This document shows, one piece after another, positions 1 through 13,430 of a stretch of 64,000 nucleotides of DNA. The notes beneath the pieces were generated by a model. It saw only the letters and a program-made list of their open reading frames with translations. It was not told the DNA's origin and did no database searches. The DNA comes from Podarcis muralis. Its lineage: Eukaryota. The position numbers were made by a program, and so were the translations under genes. Position 1 is the first letter of the stretch. Each line of letters starts with the position of its first letter. The stretch spans positions 76,818,001 to 76,882,000 of the forward strand of contig NC_135656.1 in the NCBI RefSeq assembly GCF_964188315.1, written 5' to 3'.

Positions 1-2472
1 TGCTCAGAGTCAGCGGCAAAACTCCCATAGATGGTTGCACCAGCATTAGTCCAGCGTTACTGAATAACAGTTGCAAAAATTAACCTTTTCTGTGGAAGGA
101 CAATATATTCTCTGACGTTTCTGCCCTGTCTTCCACTTGTTTTGCAGGTGACGAAGGAACTGCCACATGAAATACTGCCAACTCTAATTGCTGGAAATAA
201 AATAACCCACCCTTCATCTTTCTCTAATCCTTCTCCAACCCCACCACACACAAAAAAAACCATCTGAAGTAAATAATCACATATTTTGGAGGCAGGGAGT
301 GGAACCATGGTCTTGCACTTATCAGGAGTCACACATAGAGGGTGTGAATAACCTGGATATTTAGTTTATATGTGTTTTAATTAATTATAATAGATCTTTT
401 TTCAGAGTCCGGAAAACCCAAGCATATTAGAATGCAGTTACTGTAACTGTCATGCAGAGAAACAGATACTAAATAGATAGCAATTGCAAGAGAGGAGCAA
501 TCACACTCACCGATATTAAATGCTCCACACACTCTCTGCATATCCATATCCTTCCTATGGATCACTGCCAAGCATACAAGAGCAGCAGACTGTACACATC
601 TCTGTAGTACTAATGGGCTCATGCCCCACACCCAGGACACTGTGAGGGAGAGTGGGAGGAGACAGGCACTCAAGCAGCAAACTCTCTCACCCTCTTCAGA
701 GGATAAGCACCAGCAATGAGTTTTACATGCAGAGTTATCAAATACTAGATCCAGTTATTTTTGCACACTAAAGCTGAACCAAAGTTGAAATATCACATTT
801 CCCCCTCTCCAATTAGCAAAAAAGGTGTCCTGAACACAGTCAAGGATGACAGGGTGGGGTGGTGGAGCTTATCTGACCTCCTGGCAGCAATCGGGGGAAG
901 GGGCAAGGGAGCAGGGAGTCGGTGCTGTGCAAGTGCACCAGCAGGAACACTTTGCTTTGCAAGTGCATTTGCACAGCACAAGCTCCCTGCAACCTTGTTC
1001 CCCATAAGCAGCAGCAGCAGCAGCAACTCTGCTACTGGGAGGTCGGATAAGCTCCACTGTCCTACCCTGCTGCCTCCTATTGAGATTCTGGAGGTCAAAA
1101 CTCACCTTTGTCAGTTACTCAGTGGTCTTGGGCAAATCACTTTGCTTCAGCTCAAACCTGTGTAACTGACCTCACAGAGTTTAAAGGAATTGAACAAGAT
1201 GCAAAATGAGTTTTCAGCAGCTAGTTAGGCTGTTTCTTCTCTCACAGCATTACATGAACAGGAACTGAAAATTGTGTTTTTAAATTTCAGCATTAGCTTT
1301 TAGCTTTAATGCTCGGTTTTCCTGGCAGCACTGTTCCTCAAGCAAGAGAAAAACTAACCAAATGCTTATATTTAAATACTACCCGGTGCCACCCACCTTC
1401 TTAGTATAATGAGACCCCAAAAGCTCATAAGCAGAAGCTCTGCTAGTTGACTTTCCAGAGGTAAGGACTCTCTACTTAGGCATTTTCTATCAATCATCTA
1501 CAAGGAAACCTGAAACAACGACAATACCTTCGACACCATAACTGTGAAGCAGGTGAAAATGAACACAAAGGAAGCAGGAAATGAGAGAACAGGATAGGGA
1601 TTAAAAACATGTGGACATTCAGGTGATGTTGGATTCCCATCAGTCCCAGTCAGTGTGGCCAATGGTCATGGATGATGGGATTTGTAGTCCAGTAACATCT
1701 GGAGGGTATGCAAACAATGGATAATATCACTGGAGGAAGTGGGTAGGAAATTAATACTGAGTGTTTTAAATAGTTGTTTTTAACTGATAATTTCATGGTC
1801 TTGTTCTTTGAGGTTTTATTACAATTTTGTTAAATAAAAAAATAAATAAAACATACAGGCAGGAAATATGGGGGAAAGGGGCAGGAAGCCAAACAGAAAG
1901 AATAGGAGACATAAAGGAAAGTAAGAGGGCAAAGTATAAAAGAACATCTGAGGAAAGAGAAAATGGAGAGAGGGAAGCTGTTTTGGCCATGGGGGATAAT
2001 AAAGGAGAACAAAAGCAGAATAATGTAGTGCAGGGACTACAAATTCCCAACACACCTGTTCTCCAGTTCAGCCTACAGACTCCATTTTGACTCAAAACTA
2101 ATCTGCCCAGTAGTCCATTTTCTCCCTCCTGCTTAATTTTGCCGGTAATTTTTCTGTATGAAAATTGGAGCAGCTTGAGAGAGGGTAGGTTAGCTCTGCA
2201 GAAATGCTAATACTACAGCAATGATTAGCTGTAGCTGACAGAATGCTGACCCAGTCAAAGGTGTCTGCATCCAACAAAATCCGCTGAAGAAACGTCAAAA
2301 CAGATTAATGCAGCAATGCATTCATTTGCTTTTCCTTACTTCTTTGCCATCATCATAAAATGGAGGTAGAGAAGGTTCAGTCAGCGTTAGAATCTGAATA
2401 ATGAAGGGCTAAGCTACACAAGGGACACGGGTGGGATAAGAATCTGAATAATGAAGGGACTAAGCTACATAA

Positions 2473-2840
2473 GGGATGCAGGTGGCGCTGTGGGTAAAAC
2501 CTCAGCGCCTAGGACTTGCCGATCGCATGGTCAGCGGTTCGAATCCCCGCGGCGGGGTGAGCTCCTGTCGTTCGGTCCCAGCTCCTGCCCACCTAGCAGT
2601 TCAAAAGCACCCTTAAGTGCAAGTAGATAAATAGGTACCACTTTATAGCGGGAAGGTAAACGGCGTTTCTGTGTGCTGCTCTGGTGCCTGTTCGCCGGAG
2701 CAGCTTTGTCACGCTGGCCACATGACCCGGAAGTGTCTGCGGACAGCGCTGGCTCCCAGCCTCTAGAGTGAGATGAGTGCACAACCCTAGAGTCTGTCAA
2801 GACTGGCCCGTACGGGCAGGGGTACCTTTACCTTTACCTT
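2473..2840 (+). mobile_element. Sauria SINE, full length
   Basis: tRNA-like head GGTGGCGCTGTGGGTAAAACC...GGTTCGAATCCC, (ACCTTT)n tail, flanks TAAGCTACA on both sides. Confidence 0.9.
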
Positions 2841-5800
2841 AAGCTACACATTAATAGTAGTAGTAAGTAGTATCGGGGAAGCTTCAAAAGGGGGAGATTT
2901 CCAGCCAAGGCACTCCATGGGACATATGTGATTTTCACTTTCTCCCACCTGCTGCTTCTCACTAAACCCCCACAGCTCTCCATTTTTTCCACTGAAAGGT
3001 TCAAAACATGAAGCAGGCCCAGGGCAGGAGTCTTCTTAGAATAAAGTTATAAACTCAAACAAAAGAGCAGCCGCTCCCTTGCTCCAGACCTTAGCCATCC
3101 AAAGCCTGGAGCAAGTGTAGCTGGCTGCCCTCCACTCAGCACAGTCCTGCCATGTGGTATGTGTGATTTTAAGCAGAAAAGCAGCAGGTAGACAAAAGAC
3201 GAAGCACTTTTATCAAGATTTTCTGTTCCAAGTTGACTCCTTCTAAAGTGGCTTTTCCTAGGAAAACAGGCCCAGTGCAAGATGTTTTGCTGCCTGAGGA
3301 GAAAGACAATGTTCCCCCTCCCCGGTACAGAAGTTGACCAGCTTGGCAGTTGAATTTTACTCAGTGCTGGGAATGGGATAATGTCCTCCATTGCACTAGC
3401 TAGCTTAGGGGGTTCAGGGTTCGCCAAGTGGTGCACACAGCAGTTCCCACCCATCCCTCACAGCTTCTCCCACCTCAGGCTTCTGCCTCTCTTTGCCTCA
3501 TGGAAGGGCCGGCCCTGTTGGATAACCAGGTATTTGGTCTATGTTCCATGTGTACTTAGGTCCTTAATCTGATGGCATATGCAGTAGGAATTGCAACTGT
3601 ACTTTACTGGGGCAACTTTTTTCTTGTTTCTTATCGCTTCCCATTTAGTATCAGATTTTAGTATCCAGGTTTTACTGGAGCCTTTGAAGTCACCATTGCC
3701 ATCACAAGCTCTCTGCCTAAAACTGGGTTGTACTACTGCCAATAGCAGATTCATTTCCAGTATTTTTAAAATTGAAATATACTGTGAATTTTGATTCATA
3801 AGGTCCTGCAAGTAATGCAATATAATTGCCATGTACTAATATACATATTAAATTTATTGAAGCAGGATTTTAAAAACCTATCTCACATTTTCTGAATATA
3901 CTTAGATCAAGGGTTTCCCAGGAAAAAATGAATGGGAAAGTCAGTTTGGAAGAGGAAACCTGGCTGAAGTGTTGTTGGGTGGTTAGCAAGCCTCCCATAT
4001 ATGATGGGATTGGGCAAAAATTATTCCCCCATCTTCTAGCCTTTAATTAGGCCACTGCAGCAAGTTAGATCTGGACTGTGCATTTGCAGATTTAAGCATC
4101 CTGATGTGCACTGAATTCTGGGGGCGGAATCTAACCAAATTGAAGCACTTTCAAATTCTCCCTCAATCTCTCCCACTGAAATCAATTGTAAGTGAAATGC
4201 TTAATTTTGGGTGGATCATGCCTTGGGCATTTGTGGCCAAAATTCTGAAATCAACTTCAACAAGTGGCCTGGTATAGTTTTAAAATGCAAGCAATTCCCA
4301 CACTAATAATTAAATTAATATGAAGCAACTGTGTGTTGATAATAACTTGCAGTACATTTATACACGGATTTTGAAGGGGAATGAGTGAGCATCATTGCAC
4401 ATCCAAACCCTGTTTTTTAATCGTTCACCTCTTGTTAATTTTCTACCTGTTTCTATCTGCTTGTTTGTGTGTGTGATAGTATTCTGCAGGCATTTCACTT
4501 TGGGACTATAAAGCTTCCGTCTGCCACCCCCACCCCCCACCCCAGTTAACATGCTTTTATATTTCTGCATAAGTGCAAAACTCTAAAGGGTAAGTAGTTG
4601 TCAGCCCTGCCAGCGGAACTTCCTGCTTAATCCCTAAGAACTGGCAATATGTCTGACTACTTGTGACTCTTGCCCTTTGCCTCCATTTTGTCACCAAGAA
4701 GAAAAGGTTGGGGTGGCATGTTCATTGCTCTCCCACCTTTTTCTTAAATAATGGCACAGATACAACTGAGAGCATTTGCAGATCAAAGGCAATTATATTT
4801 ATTGACTAGCTTGAGGTTCTTAAGCCTCTTTTGAGCTGAGGCCTTTAAAGCGTTCACAGAATAATCACTGATATTTTGCACAGCAGTTCTCAGTTATTAT
4901 ACATAGTCAAAGCTGGTGGGAAATGCTGAGAACAGACTCGTGTAGGTTAAAAATGTCTAATGGAAGCAGGTTTCCAGAAAAAGAATTTACTATAATAATT
5001 TCCAGTAGGACTCCGCTGACTTTTGTGTGAAAAGAATAGCTGTTCTAATCTTTGGACTAATTTCCATCCCCTTGTGTTCAGCCTTTAGCAGGCTAATAGC
5101 CCTGATGCCATCCACTTCTTTTCAAAGCTTTCAGAACTCTTCAGCCAGATCGCCAGCTGTCATTCATATTTGTTCAAATGTTAAGCGCTAGTTTTGCAGC
5201 TTCAAGCAGGTAGATTGATCTGCTGAAGATGATGGCCCATTGTGTTGGCCTTTGTCAAGGAATCAACTCCTCCGTTTGCTTCCATGTGCACATCCAGCTG
5301 GGTTTTTTAAGTCCCTGCATGCCCCACTAAGAAAACTCTCTTATAAGCTTGGCTTTAGCCCATAAGAAGGTAACAGGGAGGATTTTGCTCATTGGTGGAA
5401 GAAACCAAGACCCCCAAATTGCCGTTACACTGAATAGTCAGACAAACTGGGTCAACTTCCCTTTCTCTAAAGGAAACTCAAGCTAATCAGCATTAGGTTT
5501 CAATTCTTTAATCTCCTACCTTCTTGAGGACAGAACAAAAAGCATTTTGCTAGGAAGATGGAAAGGCTGGGGGTTGATTTTTTCTCTCTCTCTGAGAGAA
5601 GCCAGACAGGATGGAATGTTTCACAGAGACTTTGCTTATTGATTAATTAGTTAATTAACTACCTTACGTATGTCTCATTGCATTTACAATCAAAACATAA
5701 TATAACACAATAGTTGGTGGGGCAGCACAGGTCGGGCAAGTTTGTTCACCTGCCTTGAACAATCTATGCTGGTTCCTGATTATTATCCATAATATGTTTC

Positions 5801-6874
5801 ATTCAACAAGGTAATGGTTTGCAACATTGAGGCTGACATAATTAAATTGCATGCAGCAGAGTTCTAAGCATGTTTACTAAGAATTCAGTTCAATGGCTTA
5901 TTCCGCAGTAACTATATTAACAGCACAGTCCTGTGCACAATTATTTAGAAATGAGCTTCAATGAGTTGATTGAATCTGTGACCTGGCCAAAGCATTTGGC
6001 TGATTGGGTGGTTTATTAATGTCAAAAATCCTATGTCTTTTTAAAATGTGGTGGGGTGTGTGTTATTTTGGGGGGGGTGTTATTGGGTGGTTGTTGTTTT
6101 TTATTATGTATTTTGTGGTTTTATATTTTGATTTTATTCTGTTAACCACACTGAGACCTCTGAGTATAGGGCGATATATAAATTCAATAAATAAAATGAA
6201 AATAAATAAGTAAATGAAAATGAAAACAAACTAATAAATTGTGCATGTTTGGTCAGATGTAAGTCTCATTGTGTTCAGTGGATCTTACTCCTAAATAAGA
6301 GTGCACAGGATTTCAGCCTTAAATTAATAATATGGCACCGTACTTAAATTTCAGTTTAAGAGGGTCTGATCTGTGAAATGTGCCTGTGTTTAAGCCTTTA
6401 TGAATAAAATCTTTCGCTGCTCCGATGTTGTGGACGACCTTGCTGTGTTCTTGAGCTTTGCTGCAGACCCTTTTTTGAATGGCCTGGACGCAAATTGACC
6501 AAGAAAATGAAAGGTGTGTTATCTATGACGTCACCTATATGCCACTGGGCTTGCTAGGTAGCTAGTACATAGGAGAGAAATGTAGATTTTGCAGCATTTG
6601 GTTGTGAGCATTGGATAGTGACAAGAGCAGCACATTTTAGCTATGCTGTTTGAGGGATGCCTGTGGAGAAGGAAGGCAAAGCAAGCAGGAAGGGAAGAGC
6701 TGCGAAAGAAGGATCGAGTTTACATCTGTAGCATTTCTGTTCTGCGTTCAAACAATGAATGATGGAGAGATGCACAAACAGATTGGGTTTGTCATAAAAG
6801 ACTGACCTGGAGGTGACATGGAAACACATGGTGGAATTTGCTAGCGAACAACACCACTCCTCCTCAAGTCCTCT

Positions 6875-6950
6875 AGTAAAGACGGACGGTTAAATCTAGT
6901 CAAAGGCGACTATGGGGTTGCGACGCGCATCTCGCTTTCAGGCAGAGCAC
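6875..6950 (-). mobile_element. Diverged Sauria SINE 3' fragment
   Basis: AGTCAAAGGCGACTATGGGGTTGCGACGCGCATCTCGCTTT resembles 27330-27372. Confidence 0.45.
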
Positions 6951-7249
6951 CCAGGGGAGGGGAAAGATCTTCCCCACACTTTAGAGTGGGCTTTGAAGAA
7001 GGAAAGAAACTGGCATTAGTCCCTCTTGATTATTCAACATCTGGAGCAAAGTGAGCTTATCCCAGAAGATCCAGGGGGAAGTAGGGATCTTATGCTCACT
7101 TTGAAGAGTTCTCTTTAATGCATGGTGAACTTGGTGAGGCAACCTGCATGCTAGGCCTGCAAGTCTGGGGCTTTTGCCAGGCCAGAGTGGGTGGGTTGCC
7201 AGCAGTGACCCAGCAATAGGATTTATGGGCTGCTGCCATTCAAACTGTA

Positions 7250-7494
7250 CAGTGGTACCTCTGGTTAAGTACTTAATTCGTTCTGGAGGTCCGTACTTAA
7301 CCTGAAACTGTTCTTAATCTGAAGCACCACTTTAGCTAATGGGGCCTCCTGCCACCGCCGTGCCGCCAGAGCACGATTTCTGTTCTCATCCCGAAGCAAA
7401 GTTCTTAACCTGAAGCACTATTTCTGGGTTAGCGGAAGCGTATGTAACCTGAAGCGTAGGGAACCTGAAGCATATGTAACCCGAGGTGCCACTG
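7250..7494 (+). mobile_element. Tigger/pogo-like MITE, family A
   Basis: TIR CAGTGGTACCTC...GAGGTGCCACTG, TA TSD. Confidence 0.9.
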
Positions 7495-8099
7495 TATACC
7501 GTATATAACAAAAGTGCAGCACATGTGAAAATGTATTTCAGGCGCATATTATATATGCCAAACTGCTTGTGTTGTACACATTATTTGCTCATTATTAAAT
7601 CAAGCAAAAATCCATCCACTTTACCTTCTCTTCTAAATTCATTGTATGGTAAGGCACCTTTCCTCTGAGAACCTAAATAGTCACCCGCTCAGCAACTTTA
7701 GGCTGCACACCTGCACATATTTTTTCCTGAGGTTAAGCCCCATTGAACTCAGTGGAACTACTTCAGAGTAGACACAAAGAGAATTATGGCTAGTTTGACA
7801 GCTATAGCCATTCCTGGACCCGGACAGCCTGGCCACAGCAGTTCATGCATTGGTTACTTCCAGTGCTTTTTTTCCCTAGCAAAATATGTGCCGGTATTCA
7901 CCATGAAGTTGTTACAGTAAGCGCCACACTTTCCAACAACGAAAAAAGGGGTGCTGGTACTGCGTACCCTTGAGGCCCCCCTGGTGCGCTGTTTACTTCA
8001 AGGCTAGATTATTGCAATGCACTCTGTGTGGGGCTTTGCTTGTGCTTGATCTGGAAGCTGCAGTTAGTGCAAGAAGGCTGCAGCTCAGTTGCTGAAAGG

Positions 8100-8518
8100 A
8101 GTGAGGCCTTGTCAGCATATAACAACTGCGCTCAGAGATCTGCACTGGTAGCTGACCTGCCAGGCAGAGTTCAAGGTGTTACTAGTATATAATGCCCTTA
8201 AGAAGTTTGGACCAGTTTACCTATGAGATCGCCTTACCTCACATATGCCCACCTGACTGCTTCAATCAGCGGAATTGGCACTACTACAGGTGCCACATAA
8301 TACCCACTCCGCAACTGTAAGAACTCAATTGTGGCAGCAACGAGACTTTGGAACTCCCTGCCTATTGATATCAGGCAGACACGTTCACTGTATTCCTTTC
8401 AGCACCTGCTAAAGGCATTCTTATTAAGACATGCCTAATCAGATATTTAGAAAGTTTGCAGGAGTTCGAATTTGTTTTACCCTAATTTATTGTGTGTTTT
8501 AAATTACAGTTGTAATTT
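8100..8518 (+). mobile_element. L2 3' fragment
   Basis: Degenerate EFKVLL.YNAL..FGPVYL...AATRLWNSLPIDIRQ..SLYSFQHLLKAFL. Confidence 0.75.
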
Positions 8519-8844
8519 TGTTATGTACTGAGTTGAATAGGATCCAAAATGCAGCAGTCTGATTGGTCCTAGAACAATAGGATCCAAAATGCAGCAGTCT
8601 GATTGGTCCTAGAACAATGCAGCAGTATGATTGGTCCGCAGGAGCCACCCAATCCATCTCCAGGTGGAAGTGAATCCACAACCTGATTGGCCTACAGAAG
8701 AATCCCGGAATTAGCCAATCACAAGCAGCCTATTTTGTAAATAATGTATATAAAGCAGATATTGTGGGGGAACTTCCATTCCTCCTCACCACTATGAGCT
8801 GAATAAAGAGCATGAAATCCACTCTCGACTCTGAGTATATTTCA
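8519..8844 (+). mobile_element. Solo LTR inserted in an L2 3' tail
   Basis: TG...CA ends, 5-bp TSD AATTT, repeated GATTGG/CCAAT boxes, TATATAAA, AATAAA and an internal ~39-bp tandem duplication. Confidence 0.85.
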
Positions 8845-10074
8845 AATTTGTTGTGATTTTGTTGTTGTTGTTGTTAACTGGTTTAAGGTTTGTTTTTGTT
8901 TTGCTTTTTACAATCAAGCAGAATACAAGTTTTTTTGAAATAAATAAAGAAATAATTTACGCTGACAGTTTCTGTGTCCATTTGTATGACGTCTTCACTC
9001 TGTGTGAGGGTAATTGTCTCCTAGAGTTTTCCAGGCCAAAAAAAGGTCACCTGTCTCGCAAAACAACCACAAGTATCATGCATTTTAGATATGCTGTTTA
9101 GCAAGGCACTTCCTTGTTTTAATGAAGAAAGCATAACATTGAGGAAATTTTGGCTCAAAGCATCTTAATTCCTCCTTTGCCAGCCTTCGCTTCTCTAAAC
9201 AGGTCTGTTCACTTCCAGTTGCTAGGAAACATATTTGCTTCACATGATCTGTGTTCTTCTAGAGCACAGACTCCAAGGGCAAAATTATGCTGACAAGAAT
9301 AGAGCGCATTTTTTCTTTGTGGTGCCCAGTGTCTTTCATACCACATTAAATCTGAGTCCTCTGTACTGAAGCAAGCAGCGCTGCTTCTGCTCAACCAGGA
9401 CATGCTTCTGGCCAGGATCTTAGAAAGAGCATTTTTAAAAGGGGAAATCAACAAACGAACTGAAAAGGCGAAATTTTTCTTATGATAGTTTCTTACCCTC
9501 CCCCCTTCCGCCGCCACCACAAAAAGAGGGTATTGCTGCATTTAAATCGTTCACGTGCTGCTGTTATTTGAATTGGTCCATTGAGAGAGATTTGTGTGTT
9601 TTGTGCTGGGACTTCATTTCCTCAAAGTCACTAAAGTTCCGGATTTTTACTTAACCATTTAGGAAGCAATTTTACCTCAGAATAGCTGAGACCACTCTCC
9701 CACAACAGACATATGAGGAAGAGGCAGCAGTGGTGCCCACTACAGTTTATTGGCTTCCCACAGAAGGCTAGAGACCCCTGCTCTAACCTCTACAGCACAT
9801 AGGCTCTCGAAGATTTTCACTGCAAGATGTTCTCTTGCTTTCAGTCTGTGTTCCAGGCACAGGGCTTACATTTCAAGCTCTACATGGCTTGAGACCCAGG
9901 TTTCTGAAGAAATGCCTATTCCTATATCAACCTGCTCATGTACTGAAATGATCTTTAGCAGTTCCCTTTCAGGTGCCCCTGTCATCTGAGCCATCCATAG
10001 ACCAGGTGAGCGTTGGCAGGTAACAACTACAGAAAATGATTCTCAGTAGTGCCAGCAAATGCCAACATCATGCT

Positions 10075-10148
10075 TTAGCTGAGATTCCTGCATCGCAGGG
10101 GTTGGACTAGATGACCCTTGGTGTCCTTTCCAACTCTTAAGATTCTAT
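10075..10148 (+). mobile_element. CR1 3' end
   Basis: GGGGTTGGACTAGATGACC...CCAACTCTTAAGATTCTAT. Confidence 0.8.
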
Positions 10149-12140
10149 CTATGATTGTCTGCCAGGTAACAATGTTTTTTCAAGTTCCTGGCTTTTGACA
10201 TTCTGTTTTTTGCTGCTACTTTTCGTTAGATATCTGGTTCTGTGGTTTTAATTTGTATGCATCTTATTATTGTTACTGTTCTCATGTAAACTGCCCTGGT
10301 AGCACAGCTGAAGAGAAGCATGTAGAATTTAACAAACAATCTAGAACCTTGTACTGTTATGGACGGGACTGAGATATCACCCTTAGGACTATACCACCCT
10401 CCTATCTTCTATTTTCTGCGCAGCAATAAAGCAGGCATGCTTGTTGGCCCACAATGAAAGTTGAGCAACAGTTCGATTTGTGCTACAAAAAGGAACCTAC
10501 ACAAAACAGCATCTGGAAAACCTGACTGTGGCATGTTGAGGGGGGGAATGGCATTTGAGTCAGAAAAAGAGGGTGACAGAAGTATACTGGAAATATTAGG
10601 CCACTATTTTCTAGCAAATGAGATCACAAATCATAACAAACAGAAGGCAATTTTCTTCGGCGTTTGTTGGCAATAAAACATACCCCCTCTTAAAGGTGCT
10701 TGTTGCAACCTCAGAAGCCTGGAGGCGAAAGCTTATCAGACCTGCAAAAGATCTAAATGAAACATCATATATTAAAGTCAAAAATTATTATGGATTTATT
10801 TATTTCTAAAATGTGTACCCTGCCCATCAATGCTAATAAGCATTCCCATTCTAAATTCTGTAATAGAATGAGGGGATAAAAAGAAGTCTGTATCACAATA
10901 TGTTGCTAAGCTAAAAATAAAATAAAATACAACTCATTCAGCAATTACTGGTGCAAAGAAACCTGAGCTGGTCCAAAACTGCAGAATTGGAGTGACCTGT
11001 TGTAACAAAAGAACTAGCTCCAGCCCCACAACACAGTTTCTCATCAGTAACTCTCCTTCAGCAGATAGAAATGAATGACCTATGTACAGTCTCCACTTGG
11101 GCTAATTCACAAGACAAAGCTATGGTACTAAACTTGTCTAGCCCCAGGCAAGGAGCATCACACCTCAATTCTTGCATCGTTTCCAATACATCACAATACA
11201 CAAAGTGATGTATGCAACTTTTCTGACAAGAAGTGAAGGCAACTGTTCTTTAGTTATACCTCTCATTTTTAATCTTAAGCACCTATCTCTGTCTAACGGG
11301 CAAACACCTCTTTACTGCTTTCAGTCTGATAACTACTCTCCTGCTGCTGCCATCGCCATGTTTGTCAATCTGGAAAATGAAATGAGGTAGATTTATATGT
11401 TGCTTGCCTGCCTAAGGATTTCCTGCCTGCAACTGATCCATACATCCTGTTCCACAGAGAAAGATGCTGGCCATCAAGTTAAGTGCCAAAAATCAACTTA
11501 GAAATGTGCAACTTAGAAATGTAGAAATCAGTGGGGTATTGTGGTTCATTTTATTTTTAATGCAATATCACCCACTCTGATCTTTAAATTATTCTTATCA
11601 TTTAATTTATATACTGCTCATATGCCAAAATGGTCTCTGACTGGGAACTCTGGAGCTGATGAGCATTAACCCTGGCAGACGATCTGGCTTCCCCCATTCT
11701 GGTTTTGCCACTCACCCATGCTTTACGTTAAGGAGACCTACTGGGGAATATACCTCCTTGGACTCTGGCTGCCTGTAAAATGTCAGGAGTTCGCATAGAG
11801 GACTTTTGCAGCTCTCAGACAACTATAAACGCTGCACATCTTGAATTTCTTCCTTGCCCAGTCTTAAGTAGTTTTAAAGCAGGAAGAAGATGTGGAACTA
11901 CCCAGACGTGACTAGCATAAGTTGGATTCTCCACTGGGCCTCCCTTTAAGGGAGATGGCAGCACGTGGGCCATTGTCTACTGAGAAGTAAGTCCCACTGT
12001 GCTCCCAGCTTCATAGGTCTAGCACTGCAGTCTGGGAAGGATTTGCATCTAGAAAACAAGGAATCTGGTATGGACTTCCACCATTTATTTATTTAGCTGT
12101 CATCTTAAAATATTCAAGGTTAGTGTAGAAAAATGCAATA

Positions 12141-12357
12141 CAGTGGTACCTGAGGTTACAGACGCTTCAGGTTTCAGATGCTTCAGGTTACAGACTCCGC
12201 TAACCCGGAAGTAGTACCTCGGGTTAAGAACTTTGCTTCGGGATGAGAACGGAAATCACGCAGCGGAGGCAGTAGGAGGCCCCTTTAACTAAAGTGGTAC
12301 CTCAGGTTAAGAACGAACCTCCAGAACGAATTAAGTTCTTAACCCGAGGTACCACTG
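12141..12357 (-). mobile_element. Tigger/pogo-like MITE, family A
   Basis: Same TIRs and TA TSD, opposite orientation to the 7250 copy. Confidence 0.9.
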
Positions 12358-12579
12358 TACAGGAAAATGGGTTTATAATAAAACCAGCTTAATACAACAG
12401 TAAAACTGAGGCAACAAATGCTGAAACTAAAAAGCAAACTGGGCCAAACAGTTCAAAATGCATGAGGAAATAGAATTGTCTTGACCTAGCACCAAAAAGA
12501 TTGTTGTCCAGTCAAACTCCCTTACAGAAGATGTTCCAAAGGTAAGGCCCTTTCACTCTCTCCTCAGGCCAAGGGAGGG

Positions 12580-12921
12580 TTGTCTTATACATGGGTAGTG
12601 CAGAGGGGGGACGGGCAATTGGTTGCATCCACGAGCAGGGTCTAGCGATTGGGTGGATGAATGGTGTCTGCAGAAAGGGCTGTTTTGGATTGGCTGCTGC
12701 TTTGTCAATCGGGTGGGTTATTTGTGGATGCATAAAGGGTTGCTTTGGATTGAGTGCTGCTTTGTCAAATGGGCAGGTTATCAGTGAATGCGGCAAGGGC
12801 TGCTTTGGATCGGCTGCCACTTTGGCAATTTTGCTTGCGTCCCCCCATTTTCTTAAATTTGAGCCCCCCAAAATAGGAGGTGTCTTATACTTGGGGGTGT
12901 CTTATAGATGGAAAAGTACGG
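12580..12921. mobile_element. Tc2-like element right half with a ~61-bp tandem repeat x3
   Basis: Ends GTCTTATAC...GTCTTATAGATGGAAAAGTACGG+TA; repeats of AAGGG(C/T)TG(T/C)TTTGGAT. Confidence 0.7.
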
Positions 12922-12991
12922 TAATTTGTAAGCATAAACCATCACCATAACTTAGATGAAGTAAAACACAGTGCAGACCTATGCCAAAAAC

Positions 12992-13121
12992 CTTCCTTGG
13001 AGGTTTTTTAACAGAGGTTGGATGGCCATGTGTCATGGATGCTTTAGCTGAGATTTCTGCATTGCAGGGGGCTGGACTAGATGACCCTCAGGGTCACTTC
13101 CAACTCTAAGATTCTACGATT
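12992..13121 (+). mobile_element. CR1 3' end
   Basis: GGAGGTTTTT...GGACTAGATGACC...GATTCTACGATTC. Confidence 0.8.
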
Positions 13122-13430
13122 CCCTCTCCAGCAGTGGTAAACCTCCTGGAACGAGAAGGGAGTAGGGCTGCCTTTGCCCTGGTGCCAGCTGGAAATGCTT
13201 CTTTTTTTGCTTTCATGCCAGCACAAGCTGTCATATAAATGGTATGTGTCAATTTAGCAGAAGAACTGGGAATTCAGCAAGAGGGGCTTTAAGAAAATAA
13301 AGCAGGAAATAGCTAGATTGCATTTATGAAGCTGAATCCACCCAGAAGCAGAGTACTATTGTCTACTCTGACTGACTCCAGGATATTGGGGAGAGGGGCT
13401 TTTTCCAACTGTACTATGTGAGATCCTTTT

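Noticed and set aside
68-2195. Phase-compatible minus-strand exon chain (2056-2195, 511-639 and one starting near 195)
   Set aside because: The splice sites look plausible, but the joined peptide resembles no protein I know and one donor lies in a MITE relic.
2480-2560. tRNA-like A/B boxes
   Set aside because: They are SINE heads (also at ~27570-27645, ~18550-18600 and ~52690-52753), not tRNA genes.
8559-8640. Direct repeats that might suggest a CRISPR-like array
   Set aside because: They are a tandem duplication inside a solo LTR with no unique spacers, in eukaryotic DNA.
12512-12950. Paired sense and antisense 119-aa ORFs with repeated peptides
   Set aside because: By-product of the ~61-bp tandem repeat in a Tc2-like element.
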